Assembly (NCBI GenBank): GCA_942490685.1
Contig: CALNXW010000016.1
Coordinates: 1,301,047 to 1,365,046 of the forward strand
Direction: 5' to 3'
Source: an uncultured bacterium
GTDB lineage: Bacteria; Bacteroidota; Ignavibacteria; Kapaibacteriales; UBA2268
DNA length: 64,000 nt
The position numbers and the translations under genes are program-made. Shown here in pieces: positions 32,001-41,152 of this stretch. Each line of letters begins with the position of its first letter. Positions within the stretch are counted from its first letter, which is position 1. The notes beneath the pieces are model-generated. The model had not been told where the DNA came from. It was given only the letters and a program-made list of their open reading frames with translations, and searched no databases.

Positions 32001-32329
32001 TTTCTCAAGAGATTGAAGAAGAATTTGAACATCTCTATGGCATATATTATTCTTTAAATCCTGAAGGTAAATGGAATAATCTAGCTTTGTATTCAAAAGA
32101 GGATTATAAAATATACTATGGAAATACACCACGTGGAAAGTTCCTAGAATCAGAGACTCATCTGGAGTTAGAAAAAAGAATAGAAAAATATGTAGAAGTC
32201 GCAAATGATATAGCACATAGAATCAGGAGTGGTAGATTTGATGTTGATCCAAAATTAGAGCATAGTTATTGCTCTACTTGTGATTTTCAACAGACTTGCA
32301 GAATCCGAAAATTTGAATTCAAGCTATAA
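29039..32329 (+). CDS. AddB-like PD-(D/E)XK nuclease family protein (inactivated-helicase plus RecB-type nuclease with a 4-Cys iron staple). No AddA partner adjacent.
   Basis: C-terminal nuclease motifs IDRIE...ADYKSN and the Cys cluster YTDCPFRYM...CSTCDFQQTC (C-x2-C-x5-C). No canonical Walker A at the N-terminus. 1096 aa. Confidence 0.7.
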   Translation: MQNIIHNKAYDLDRIFLNFRSFFSDLIREQSIDSKILVVPTAKYARHLRQIYIAKHYEMHNIPCSELNIVNFDSFVKLLYNKIDTEASKTIISDAYRFLLMENAIRNSNTDYFKQSSGTVKLSLAKKLDSLIIGLKKKGITVDKIQKELSVPEFSSDEITNLKKYQEIFNIYSKYQESLGEDLLDEVDMLSYIIKYVEGIGTSDEDIFDTLDIPIKHNNPIDDVLPGKNEIIFYGFSDFTLPEQRLLSLFTHSNSIQVAIYLENLKTDSNYNLPDVSVRFTSYGFVNFNQSNLFEEDDFNKILKSNLFIKNVQNEFSSLHNLPFYLLENDNTAEEIESVSRFVSYLIREKNVSPSKIALVTREAGTYAKSIRDSFMRYQLPLNISDRFDLQTSTIVSTVLNILDTVIYGYKLNSLEKVFASYYMQNLDINFSLVRKYAYKLRIIGGHERGGLSAWKKRIESYKTYLNSKLKEDSFFEDELEKFSYQKEYQEICEVETELSKIKTVFPKVPNKLSVNKFIQVLTEILEKVKFEIKITSDNLQLQNSDFESKYVKESIQDSIEKDGRALSAFAELLNEISYLHKSDSLQYDTITHIERLKILVSGTKYQIREKEQYGVTLTSIEQTRGLPYEYVIMFGAVEGKFPLPFKTNTLLGKELRESNLHHIQEERNLLYALLTGNLSEGFSKGRKVVISYSKKDEDNDYARSHFIDELISTFNIDDEDTLDLHKHYDFLNHKIHFKHLEADQFLHRREVELNLMMDIEHQSRFSKPFSPTTFEKYTDCPFRYMLSTLFNIEETDSEDMMLTPLEKGSLLHKILYKFYTELSEDATHLVKVATYKNGKTLFGITLDESKKEFYYNCLESIAKVEIQKYSFDHPLFDIEENKIFGSSSFTGILKLWLENELKFSKSNPDLFPVFFEYSFGNSEEYALNISEDVKIKGKIDRIELSPKHNFYAIADYKSNAQNQRKDKDGDFTKFQMPLYSYAISKFLSQEIEEEFEHLYGIYYSLNPEGKWNNLALYSKEDYKIYYGNTPRGKFLESETHLELEKRIEKYVEVANDIAHRIRSGRFDVDPKLEHSYCSTCDFQQTCRIRKFEFKL

Positions 32330-32624
32330 TACTTTTATTATTTTTATTCATATTAGTCTTCACTAAACTATATTTACACTATGATTGTTTGTAAAAACTA
32401 ATATATTAATATTTCTCATAATATATTCTGTATTATAAGTGTTGCATCTGTATAGATGCTTGATATAGTGGAAGATAGACATATTATTATTGTAGGATAT
32501 TTTGCTATTAATCAAAATTAATAGCATTTTTGCCCTGAATTGGTTTAGTTTTGCCAGTAAACACGCACACATCAAAATTTACATTATAGATATACACAAT
32601 TATTCTGGATTTCGGGAAGTTAAT

Positions 32625-34811
32625 ATGGGAAACATACTTCAAGCATACGAGAACCTGAAGAATAGTCTTGATCATGCGTCTACGGACGTTGCATCACACG
32701 GTCAGATTGTAATTCAAGTTGGTTCTGCTACATGCGAAAATGCTGCAGGAGCTCAGCTGGTAAGAGCTGAATTCGAAAAATTAATTAAAGCTACCGGACG
32801 TGAAGACATCATCATCAAACAAACAGGATGTACAGGCAGATGTTCTGAAGAGCCTATTGTAGGTGTATTCATGCAAAACCAAATAGGTGTAAAATATGCA
32901 CACGTTACAGTTGAAAAAGTAGCTGAAATTTTTCAAGAGCACATACTTGGCAAAAAACCTGTTGCTAAGTTAATGCTAGATAAAAAGACAGACAAACTCT
33001 ATGAGCACGTAGTAACTCTTTGCGGTTCTTCACACTGCCGTAATAAGTTTTACGAAAACTGGAATTCTACTTTCCAAAAAATCTTAAAAGAAAAAGATAT
33101 CTCTGAAAACGAAGTAAGAGTTATCTCCGGTGGTTGTATCGGAATGTGCCAGCATGAAGACCATGACGAACATGGTGTAATGATGGTATATCCTGAAAAT
33201 GTTATCTACAGATTCTTAAATGAAGAAGAGCTTGAAGATATCATCGAAACACAATTTGTGAAAAAAGAAATTGCTGAAAAACATATTGTTCACACAGACA
33301 AAATGGTTGAAGAGTACTTCAAATTTTACGGCGATGTTTCTTTCTTCAATAAACAAACTAGAATTACATTAAGAAACTGCGGTATAATCGATCCTGAATC
33401 ATTAGACGATTACGTACATGCACAAGGTTTTGAAGCGCTTGCTAAAGTTTTAGAAAAAGGCAATCCTGAAGGCGTTGTACAAGAAGTAATCGATGCAGGT
33501 CTTAGAGGCCGTGGTGGTGGTGGATTCCCTACCGGTTTGAAATGGAAAAATACTAGAGATCTAAATCCAACAGATCCTATCAAATATGTAATTTGTAATG
33601 CTGATGAAGGTGATCCGGGTGCATTTATGGATAGAAGTGCATTAGAAGGTGACCCTTTTAGTATTATCGAAGGTATGACTATTGGTGCTTATGCTATGGG
33701 TGCTTGCAAAGGCTATCTTTACATTCGCGCTGAATATCCATTAGCAATCGAAAGAATTGAAAATGCTATCAAAATTGCCAGAGAAAATAATCTTTTAGGC
33801 AAAAATATCTTAGGTTCCGGTTATGATTTTGACCTTGAAATCAGATTGGGTGCAGGCGCATTTGTCTGCGGTGAAGAAACTGCTCTTATCCAATCTATCG
33901 AAGGTAAACGCGGCCAGCCTATTATGAGACCTCCTTACCCTTCTGAAAAAGGTCTTTGGGGTCATCCAACTTCAATCAACAACGTAGAAACTTGGGCTAA
34001 TATCCCTGCACTTATGCTTTATGGCGCTGACTGGTTCAAACGAATCGGTACTGAAGGCAGTAAAGGTACAAAAGTGTTTGCATTAGCAGGTAAAGTTAAA
34101 AATACAGGTCTTGTTGAAGTTCCAATGGGTACGACTTTACGTGAAGTAATTTTTGACATCGGTGGTGGTGTTCCACACGGACATCAACTTAAAGCTGTTC
34201 AGACCGGTGGACCTTCAGGTGGTTGTATTCCGTTTGATAAAATTGATACACCAGTAGACTATGAATCATTGAAACAAATCGGCTCAATGATGGGTTCTGG
34301 TGGTATGATTGTTTTAGATGAAACAGATTGTATCGTTTCAACATCTAAATTTTTCCTTGAATTTACAAAAGATGAGTCTTGCGGTAAATGCTTGCCATGC
34401 CGTGAAGGTACATTGAGAATGTTAGAAATACTCCAAAAAATCACTGATGGTAATGGAGAAATGTCTGACATCGACAAATTACACAGACTCGGTACTATGA
34501 TTAAGAAAACTTCTCTTTGCGGTCTTGGTCAATCTGCTCCAAACCCAGTTCTTAGCGCTATTAAGAACTTTAGAGAAGAATTCGAAGCACACATTGTTGA
34601 CAAACGATGCCCAACTCAAACTTGTCAAAAACTTATCAGCTATAATATTATCGCTGATAAATGTACAGGTTGTACTCTTTGTGCTCGTCGTTGTCCAGTT
34701 TCTTGTATCTCAGGTGCTAAGAAAATGCCGCATACTATCATTCAGGAAGACTGTATCAAGTGCGGTGAATGTTACAATTCTTGTAAATTTGATGCTATTG
34801 AAAAAATCTAA
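32625..34811 (+). CDS. hydB: [FeFe]-hydrogenase HydB (NuoF-like NADH/FMN subunit) fused to two N-terminal thioredoxin-like [2Fe-2S] domains and C-terminal 2x[4Fe-4S] ferredoxin.
   Basis: FMN/NADH site GLRGRGGGGFPTGLKWK and the ESCGKCLPCREG 4Fe-4S. C-terminal CTGCTLCARRCP...CIKCGECYNSC. N-terminal CENAAG...CTGRCSEEP and CGSSHC...CIGMCQ. Met at 32625 preferred over the track start at 32502. Confidence 0.85.
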   Translation: MGNILQAYENLKNSLDHASTDVASHGQIVIQVGSATCENAAGAQLVRAEFEKLIKATGREDIIIKQTGCTGRCSEEPIVGVFMQNQIGVKYAHVTVEKVAEIFQEHILGKKPVAKLMLDKKTDKLYEHVVTLCGSSHCRNKFYENWNSTFQKILKEKDISENEVRVISGGCIGMCQHEDHDEHGVMMVYPENVIYRFLNEEELEDIIETQFVKKEIAEKHIVHTDKMVEEYFKFYGDVSFFNKQTRITLRNCGIIDPESLDDYVHAQGFEALAKVLEKGNPEGVVQEVIDAGLRGRGGGGFPTGLKWKNTRDLNPTDPIKYVICNADEGDPGAFMDRSALEGDPFSIIEGMTIGAYAMGACKGYLYIRAEYPLAIERIENAIKIARENNLLGKNILGSGYDFDLEIRLGAGAFVCGEETALIQSIEGKRGQPIMRPPYPSEKGLWGHPTSINNVETWANIPALMLYGADWFKRIGTEGSKGTKVFALAGKVKNTGLVEVPMGTTLREVIFDIGGGVPHGHQLKAVQTGGPSGGCIPFDKIDTPVDYESLKQIGSMMGSGGMIVLDETDCIVSTSKFFLEFTKDESCGKCLPCREGTLRMLEILQKITDGNGEMSDIDKLHRLGTMIKKTSLCGLGQSAPNPVLSAIKNFREEFEAHIVDKRCPTQTCQKLISYNIIADKCTGCTLCARRCPVSCISGAKKMPHTIIQEDCIKCGECYNSCKFDAIEKI

Positions 34812-34844
34812 CAATTTTCAGGCAGTAAAGGAGAAAAATTTAAA

Positions 34845-36614
34845 ATGTTAGAAATGAAAAAAGTAAATGCTATAATAGATAATATCCCCGTTTCAGTAAA
34901 CGAGGGTACTACTATCATGGAAGCAGCTGATCAGATTGGTCACCACGTTCCAAGATTATGTTACCACCCTCATATCTCAACTGAGGGTGCATGTAGAATT
35001 TGTGTTGTTGAAATAGAAGGTCGCCCTAGTTTTGTTCCTTCTTGTGCTACTCCATTAACTGATGGTATGGTAGTAAAAACTAACACACCTGAAATCCACC
35101 AAATCAGAAGAGATTTGGTAGAATTGATGCTTAATAATCACCCTAGCTCTTGCTTAACATGCGAAAGAGACGGTAACTGTGAGCTTCAAAACTTAGCTTA
35201 TAAATTAGGTGTTAGAGACAGATTGTTTGAAGGCAGTCGTAAAAGATATGAAATCGACAAATCTTCTCCTTCTGTTCTAAGAGATCCTGAAAAATGTGTA
35301 CTTTGCCGCAGATGTATCAGAGTTTGCTCTGAAGTTCAAGGTGTAAATAACCTTAGCCAACTTTACAGAGGTGTAGATACTGTTGTTGCTCCTGCTTTTG
35401 ATAATCCAATGAGCGATTCAGTATGTATTAATTGCGGTCAATGTATCAATGTTTGTCCAACAGGTGCATTCTTAGGTAAAGATGATACTGATAAAGTATG
35501 GGAAGCATTAAATGACAAAACTAAACACGTTGTAGTTCAAACAGCACCTGCTATTCGTGCTGCAATTGGTGAAGGTTTTGGCATGGAACTAGGTAAAGCT
35601 GCAACAGGTCAAACAGTTACAGCATTAAGAAGATTAGGATTTGATGCAATTTTTGATACAAACTTTGCTGCAGATCTTACTATTATGGAAGAAGCTACTG
35701 AATTTTTGAATAGATTTCAAAATGGCGGTACTCTTCCTCTAATTACTTCTTGCTCTCCTGGCTGGGTTAAGTTTTTAGAGCATTTCTACCCTGAAATGAT
35801 TCCAAATACTTCTACTTGCCGCTCTCCTATGCAAATGTTGTCTTCTTTAACTAAGACATATTATGCTGAGAAAATGGGATTAAACCCTGAAGATATCTAT
35901 GTTGTTGCTATTATGCCTTGTACTGCTAAGAAATTTGAAGCTACAAGACCTGAACATGTAACTGAAAATGGTTTACCACTTACAGATGCTGTTTTAACAA
36001 CAAGAGAATTGATTTGGATGATTAAAGCTTACGGTATCGACTTTGCTAACCTTCCTGAATCTGATTTTGATACTCCTATGGGTTATTCAACAGGTGCAGG
36101 TGACATCTTCGGTTCTACCGGTGGTGTAATGGAAGCAGCTTTACGTACTGCTTATGAAACTATCACAGGCGAATCAAGTGACGATATTGAATATAAAGAA
36201 GTTAGAGCCGTAGAAGGCCTTAGAGAAGCTTCTTTAGATATAAATGGTATAACTGTTAACGTTGCTGTTGCAAACGGCTTAAACAACGCTAAAACTATTT
36301 TGGAAAAAGTAAAACGTGGCGAAAAAGAATATCATATTCTTGAAATCATGGCTTGTCCAGGTGGTTGTGTTGCCGGTGGCGGTCAACCTCTAACTGATGC
36401 CGGTAAATATGTTTATCCTATGGATCCTACTATGATTAGGAAACGTCAGGAATCATTATACAACATTGACGAAAACAAAGAAATCCGTAAATCTCATGAA
36501 AATCCTTATGTTCAAGAGCTTTACAAGAACTACTTGGGTGAAATTGGTGGCGAAAAAGCACACAAATTATTACATACTCACTATCACGAAAGAACTCCAA
36601 GGGGGATCAAATAA
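34845..36614 (+). CDS. hydA: [FeFe]-hydrogenase catalytic subunit HydA (M3-type: 2Fe-2S, His-ligated 4Fe-4S, 2x4Fe-4S, H-cluster).
   Basis: H-cluster motifs L2 MPCTAKKFE and L3 EIMACPGGCVAGGGQP. L1 appears as TSCSPGW rather than the canonical TSCCPxW. Accessory clusters CVLCRRCIRVC and CINCGQCINVCP. Confidence 0.9.
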   Translation: MLEMKKVNAIIDNIPVSVNEGTTIMEAADQIGHHVPRLCYHPHISTEGACRICVVEIEGRPSFVPSCATPLTDGMVVKTNTPEIHQIRRDLVELMLNNHPSSCLTCERDGNCELQNLAYKLGVRDRLFEGSRKRYEIDKSSPSVLRDPEKCVLCRRCIRVCSEVQGVNNLSQLYRGVDTVVAPAFDNPMSDSVCINCGQCINVCPTGAFLGKDDTDKVWEALNDKTKHVVVQTAPAIRAAIGEGFGMELGKAATGQTVTALRRLGFDAIFDTNFAADLTIMEEATEFLNRFQNGGTLPLITSCSPGWVKFLEHFYPEMIPNTSTCRSPMQMLSSLTKTYYAEKMGLNPEDIYVVAIMPCTAKKFEATRPEHVTENGLPLTDAVLTTRELIWMIKAYGIDFANLPESDFDTPMGYSTGAGDIFGSTGGVMEAALRTAYETITGESSDDIEYKEVRAVEGLREASLDINGITVNVAVANGLNNAKTILEKVKRGEKEYHILEIMACPGGCVAGGGQPLTDAGKYVYPMDPTMIRKRQESLYNIDENKEIRKSHENPYVQELYKNYLGEIGGEKAHKLLHTHYHERTPRGIK

Positions 36615-37111
36615 TGGAAATCAGTAAAATGCCTATCACTTTAGATAAGGATATTGTAGAATATATTGAAGAAGTAAAACAGTTAGAGCATCCTGAAAGT
36701 TATTTGATTTCTGTTTTACATAAAGTACAAGGTAGATATGGTTATCTACAAAAAGTACACATGGAAGAAGTTGCTCACTTATTGCAGGTTCCTGCTGCCA
36801 CAGTTAGTGGAGTAGCAACATTCTACCATTTCTTTAGATTAAAACCTAAAGGTAAATATTCAATCTCTATTTGTTTAGGAACTGCATGTTTCGTAAAAGG
36901 TGCTAACCTTGTATTGGATGCATTCAAAAATGAATTGGGTATCGATATTGGTGAAACTACCAGCGATGGTATGTTCTCTATTGAAGGTACTAGATGTATT
37001 GGTGTTTGTGCATTAGCTCCTGTTGTTACTATTAACGACAAAGTTTACAGCCAGGTAACTGCACCTCAAGTAAATGAGATACTTCACAAACTCAAAGCTG
37101 ATGATAAATAA
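36614..37111 (+). CDS. hydC: [FeFe]-hydrogenase HydC (NuoE-like thioredoxin-like [2Fe-2S] subunit).
   Basis: CLGTACFVKG...GTRCIGVCALAP. Start overlaps the hydA stop by 1 nt. Confidence 0.85.
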   Translation: MEISKMPITLDKDIVEYIEEVKQLEHPESYLISVLHKVQGRYGYLQKVHMEEVAHLLQVPAATVSGVATFYHFFRLKPKGKYSISICLGTACFVKGANLVLDAFKNELGIDIGETTSDGMFSIEGTRCIGVCALAPVVTINDKVYSQVTAPQVNEILHKLKADDK

Positions 37112-37131
37112 GATTCCCTTTCGAATCTAAT

Positions 37132-37167
37132 AAAAAAGGCTGCTTTTCGAAAAAAGCAGCCTTTTTT
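37132..37167. terminator. Bidirectional rho-independent terminator, serving hydC (+) and the downstream MCP (-).
   Basis: aaaaaggctgctttt cgaa aaaagcagcctttttt. An A-run before and a T-run after. Confidence 0.75.
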
Positions 37168-37191
37168 AATTCTGAATGTTAATCCTATATG

Positions 37192-38440
37192 TTAGTCCCA
37201 TACATCGTTATTATCCTTCAACATATTTCTGTCTACTCCGGATAAACTGCTATAATTACCGTTATTTGCTCTAATTTTGAAAGTTGAAACAAGTTCTGTC
37301 AAGTTTTGTGTCAGACCTGTCAGATCTTCAGAAGAATGCGCAATGCTTTCTATGCTTTGAGCAGACTCATTTGTTGCAATAGATATTGTGTTGATATTTT
37401 TTGATATCTCTTCACTTGTTGCAGCCTGTTCTTCAGAGGATGCAGCAATTGAATTAACCATATCTAGTACATTTTTAGTACTATTTACAACTTCCTGAAG
37501 TGCAACTCCTGCATTGTCGGCCAAACTGATTCCTTCTGATACTTCTTCGTTACCTTTATGCATAACGTGAACAGCTTCAGATGTTTCAGACTGAATACCT
37601 TTAATCATGTTAGATATTTGTTTTGTCGCTTCAGTAGTTCTTTCTGCAAGCTTTCTTACTTCATCTGCAACAACCGCAAATCCTCTACCCTGCTCACCTG
37701 CTCTTGCAGCCTCAATTGCTGCATTTAAAGCTAGCAAGTTTGTTTGATCTGCAATTTCTTCAATAACTGAAATAATTTCACCAATTTGTGTTGAGGATTC
37801 ACCTAATCTTTCAATATTTTTAGCTGACTGATTTACAACTTCAGCGATCTGGCGCATCTTATTAATTGTATTTTCAACTACCGATCCACCTTCTTCAGCA
37901 ATTTTACCATTATTATTGGCAACACCGGCTGTTTGAGATGCATTATTAGAGTTTTCAGTGATAGTTCTAGCCATCTCTTCCATAGCTGCAGCTACTTCAT
38001 CTACTTGGCTGCTTTGCTCATGAGAAGCTGCAGAAATTGTTTCTGTTGTCTGAGAAATTGATATAGCAGCTTGTGCAACATTATTTGAAGCATCACTTAT
38101 TTGATATACCAAATTATTTAGCGAATCAATCAAGCTATTAATACTTTCTTTCAATTTAGCATGATCACCTTTGTAAACACCTGTCATCTCTTGAGTAAAG
38201 TCACCTTTAGACATTACTTCAAGCACGTTCATTGCTTCATTGATTGGTTTTATAATAGAATCTAGTATTAGATTGATACCTTCTGTAATATCTTTCCAAG
38301 TACCAGGATATTTAGATATATCAATTCTTGATGATAATTTGCCTTCAACAGCAGCATTAGCAGTTAAAGCAATATCAGAAGTAACATTATTCATAAATTC
38401 AGAAACCTGATTGATATTTGAAGTCAGATCTTTAAATCCA
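37192..38440. repeat. ~1.25-kb near-identical direct repeat A (3' end of MCP copy 1). Partner at 41153-42400.
   Basis: Aligned by eye: only scattered single-nucleotide differences (e.g. gcgc/gtgc near 37340/41300). Divergence begins near 38440/42400. Confidence 0.85.
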
Positions 38441-40947
38441 CCTTTATATTTACTAACATCCAGCTGAACTAATTCTTTACCAGACGCTATGTTTTCAAAG
38501 TAATCCATTGACATATGTAGTGGAGATACAAATGACTCTACTACATCATTCAAACCTTTCATCACATTTTGATATTCACCTTCAAATTTATCTATATCTG
38601 CCCTAACGTCAAAATTCCCTTCAGCGGCTTCCTTAGCAATTCTTAAAGTATCATCAGTTAAGGATAAGATAGCTTCAAACATTTTTAATGCAGCTGGATT
38701 TAATTCATCATATTCAGAGTATTTAGGATTTGCCTTCAAATCTTCATACATCGACAAATCACCTTTACTGATTTGAATAAAGCCTCCCGTCATGGTACGA
38801 TATTCATTAATTATTGTATTAATTGATTTGGATAATTCAGCCCAATAACCACTATAATCTAATGACGCTTCTTTTCTTAAGTCATATACTACAACTTTAG
38901 ATAAGATATCAACAAATTCAGTAATAGGAGTAGCTGCATTTTCTAACATAGAATTTGCACCTTTAATAATGTCTTGCCAACCACCGTCAAATTGAGAATA
39001 ATCAGCCCTAACATCCAATTTTCCATCTTGAGCTGCAATAGCGAGATTATCTAATTCATTTTGTACACTAAGTAAGTTTTGTCTGAATTTTCTAATTCTA
39101 TGAGTAGCTATGATTCTTTGACCTTTCATTTCTTCCATTTCAAGAGCAAAATTTCCTTTTCCGTACTCATCAATTACGTCAAGTATTCTTAAAATACCGG
39201 CTATATGATCTTTTACGGTTTCATTCATACCTTTTGCCATCTGCTTAAATACACCCATAAATTTCTCTTCCTGCATCCAAATGTCTATTTGCCCTTCCAT
39301 ATGTTCATTTGACATATAAGACATATCTTTAACAAAGAAGTTTAGAGTGTCAATCATCGTATTAAGATTATTTTTAAGTTCGTTGAAATCACCTTTGTAT
39401 TCATCCTCTATTCTTGGAGGAATATCTCCTTTAGAAATTCTGTCTACATATTCAGCACTAACATTCAACGGATGAATAACTGCATCTAATGTAAGATTTA
39501 GTCCGGATATCATGTCTTTATATGCGCCTTGATATTGTTCAGCATCTGCTCTTCTGTCTAGATTTCCTTGTTCCATTTGAGTACTTAGAATATTGATTTC
39601 TTCTATTATGTCAGTAAGATTTTTCTTTACTCTATCTACACTTTCATTAGCAATAGCTTGTTTGCCTGGGAACTTTCTAAGATTTTCAGAGAAATCACCA
39701 TTTGAGTATTGACTCACGACATCAAGTATGTCTTTTATGGCATCTACATAAATTTTTACTGAAAGATTACTACCTTCTGCCATTTTAGCAAAAACGCCGT
39801 TGAATTTATTTACTTCAATGCTGTAATCGATATCACCATTTTTATGCTCTTCGATAAATGACTCAACATTTTGCACATAATTCGATAAACTATCTATTAG
39901 AAGGTTAATGTTGTTTTTAATCTCATTAAAATCACCTCGATAATCATCAGATATTTTAGCAGGTATATCACCTTTAGAGATTCTGTCAACATATTCTGCA
40001 GTCACATTCAGAGGTTTGATAATCTCATTAAGAGTACCGTTAAATCCATCGATAATCTCCGCATAAGACCCTGCATATTTAGAAGAATCTCCTCTTACAT
40101 CAAGCTTGCCATTGGAAGCTGCATCCGTTAGTTTATTAATATCAGTAGTCAAATTTGAGATATTGGCTTTCATAACGCCAAATGCCTTATAAAGTTGCCC
40201 TACCTCGTCTTTACTATCATTTGTAATTTCGAAAGTGATATCACCACTAGAAACTTTATTTGCAAGATTTGCAAGCTCATTAAGCGGGTTAGCAACACTT
40301 TTTCTTACAACAACAATCAAAATTCCGATAATTACTATAATTATAATAAGAATCATTAAATATATATCTGTTTTTATAGTATTCATTTGTTCTTCAACAT
40401 CATCAATGTATAGACCTGTTCCTACAAAGAAACCCCATGGTTCAAAACTTTCTACATATGATAGTTTTGGTTTCAATTCTTTTGTTGGAGGTTTTTCAGT
40501 AAAATAATCTTCAAAACCTTCTTCACCTTTTTCAATTCTTTCTATAACAGATGCCAGATATTGCTTATTATTCTTATCTACAAATTCAGAGACCTTCATT
40601 CCTACTCTTTTCGGATTAACTCCATGCATAACCATTTCTTCTTTAGTAAATATGAAGAAATAATTTGTCTCGTCGTATCTTATAATGCGTATTCTGTCAA
40701 ATGCTTTCTTTATTGCTTCTTGTTCTTGCATTTCTCCTGATTGAAAACTCTCATAATATGATTTTAATAAAGAAGTAGTTGAAGCTACTTGATTTTTTAG
40801 AAAAAACTTTTTCTCATTCATCATATTTTGTTCTATGGAAGGAATGAGAAATATCTGGAGTGATAATACTAGTAATCCTAGCGATAGCAATACAGGAATA
40901 AAAACTTTGTAAAAAATTGGCAAATTTTTGTAGCTCATCTTTCCCAT
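37192..40947 (-). CDS. Giant methyl-accepting chemotaxis protein, copy 1 of 2: sCache_2 periplasmic sensor, TM, and ~5 HAMP-like modules before the MCP signalling domain.
   Basis: TM1 then the sCache_2 pattern [12 protein letters not shown]...[25 protein letters not shown], then TM2. Repeated G(K/N)LD.R.D...Y.G.W..I..G.N and SKGD...GDFNE.KNN HAMP-like helices. C-terminal MCP signalling core ...[32 protein letters not shown]... 1251 aa. Confidence 0.9.
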   Translation of the reverse strand: MGKMSYKNLPIFYKVFIPVLLSLGLLVLSLQIFLIPSIEQNMMNEKKFFLKNQVASTTSLLKSYYESFQSGEMQEQEAIKKAFDRIRIIRYDETNYFFIFTKEEMVMHGVNPKRVGMKVSEFVDKNNKQYLASVIERIEKGEEGFEDYFTEKPPTKELKPKLSYVESFEPWGFFVGTGLYIDDVEEQMNTIKTDIYLMILIIIIVIIGILIVVVRKSVANPLNELANLANKVSSGDITFEITNDSKDEVGQLYKAFGVMKANISNLTTDINKLTDAASNGKLDVRGDSSKYAGSYAEIIDGFNGTLNEIIKPLNVTAEYVDRISKGDIPAKISDDYRGDFNEIKNNINLLIDSLSNYVQNVESFIEEHKNGDIDYSIEVNKFNGVFAKMAEGSNLSVKIYVDAIKDILDVVSQYSNGDFSENLRKFPGKQAIANESVDRVKKNLTDIIEEINILSTQMEQGNLDRRADAEQYQGAYKDMISGLNLTLDAVIHPLNVSAEYVDRISKGDIPPRIEDEYKGDFNELKNNLNTMIDTLNFFVKDMSYMSNEHMEGQIDIWMQEEKFMGVFKQMAKGMNETVKDHIAGILRILDVIDEYGKGNFALEMEEMKGQRIIATHRIRKFRQNLLSVQNELDNLAIAAQDGKLDVRADYSQFDGGWQDIIKGANSMLENAATPITEFVDILSKVVVYDLRKEASLDYSGYWAELSKSINTIINEYRTMTGGFIQISKGDLSMYEDLKANPKYSEYDELNPAALKMFEAILSLTDDTLRIAKEAAEGNFDVRADIDKFEGEYQNVMKGLNDVVESFVSPLHMSMDYFENIASGKELVQLDVSKYKGGFKDLTSNINQVSEFMNNVTSDIALTANAAVEGKLSSRIDISKYPGTWKDITEGINLILDSIIKPINEAMNVLEVMSKGDFTQEMTGVYKGDHAKLKESINSLIDSLNNLVYQISDASNNVAQAAISISQTTETISAASHEQSSQVDEVAAAMEEMARTITENSNNASQTAGVANNNGKIAEEGGSVVENTINKMRQIAEVVNQSAKNIERLGESSTQIGEIISVIEEIADQTNLLALNAAIEAARAGEQGRGFAVVADEVRKLAERTTEATKQISNMIKGIQSETSEAVHVMHKGNEEVSEGISLADNAGVALQEVVNSTKNVLDMVNSIAASSEEQAATSEEISKNINTISIATNESAQSIESIAHSSEDLTGLTQNLTELVSTFKIRANNGNYSSLSGVDRNMLKDNNDVWD
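39230..40285. repeat. ~1.05-kb near-identical direct repeat B (HAMP-array block of MCP copy 1). Partner at 43195-44250.
   Basis: Identical apart from rare SNPs (tttgac/ttagac). Offset 3961-3965 bp, the same as repeat A. Flanked by divergent sequence. Confidence 0.8.
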
Positions 40948-41096
40948 AATACACCTTCATATAATTAGTTTAGTATATTTAATATAAGCGTTCATATAAT
41001 TAGTTTATTGGATAATTAATATAATATATTAATACATAGGGACAATCTTTTGCATTAGAGAATCGACTCAATCTTGAGATTTATTTATACTAAAAA

Positions 41097-41122
41097 AAGC
41101 TGTCCAAATTAATAGACAGCTT
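41097..41122 (-). terminator. Rho-independent terminator downstream of MCP copy 2.
   Basis: aagctgtc/gacagctt stem with a T-run on the minus strand. Confidence 0.65.
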
Positions 41123-41152
41123 CTTTTTCTTATTTATTATTTTTGGAAAATG

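Noticed and set aside
32502-32624. N-terminal 41 codons of the track ORF for hydB (MLLIKINSIF...).
   Set aside because: Hydrophobic, AT-rich read-through of the leader. Conserved HydB sequence begins at MGNILQAY (32625).
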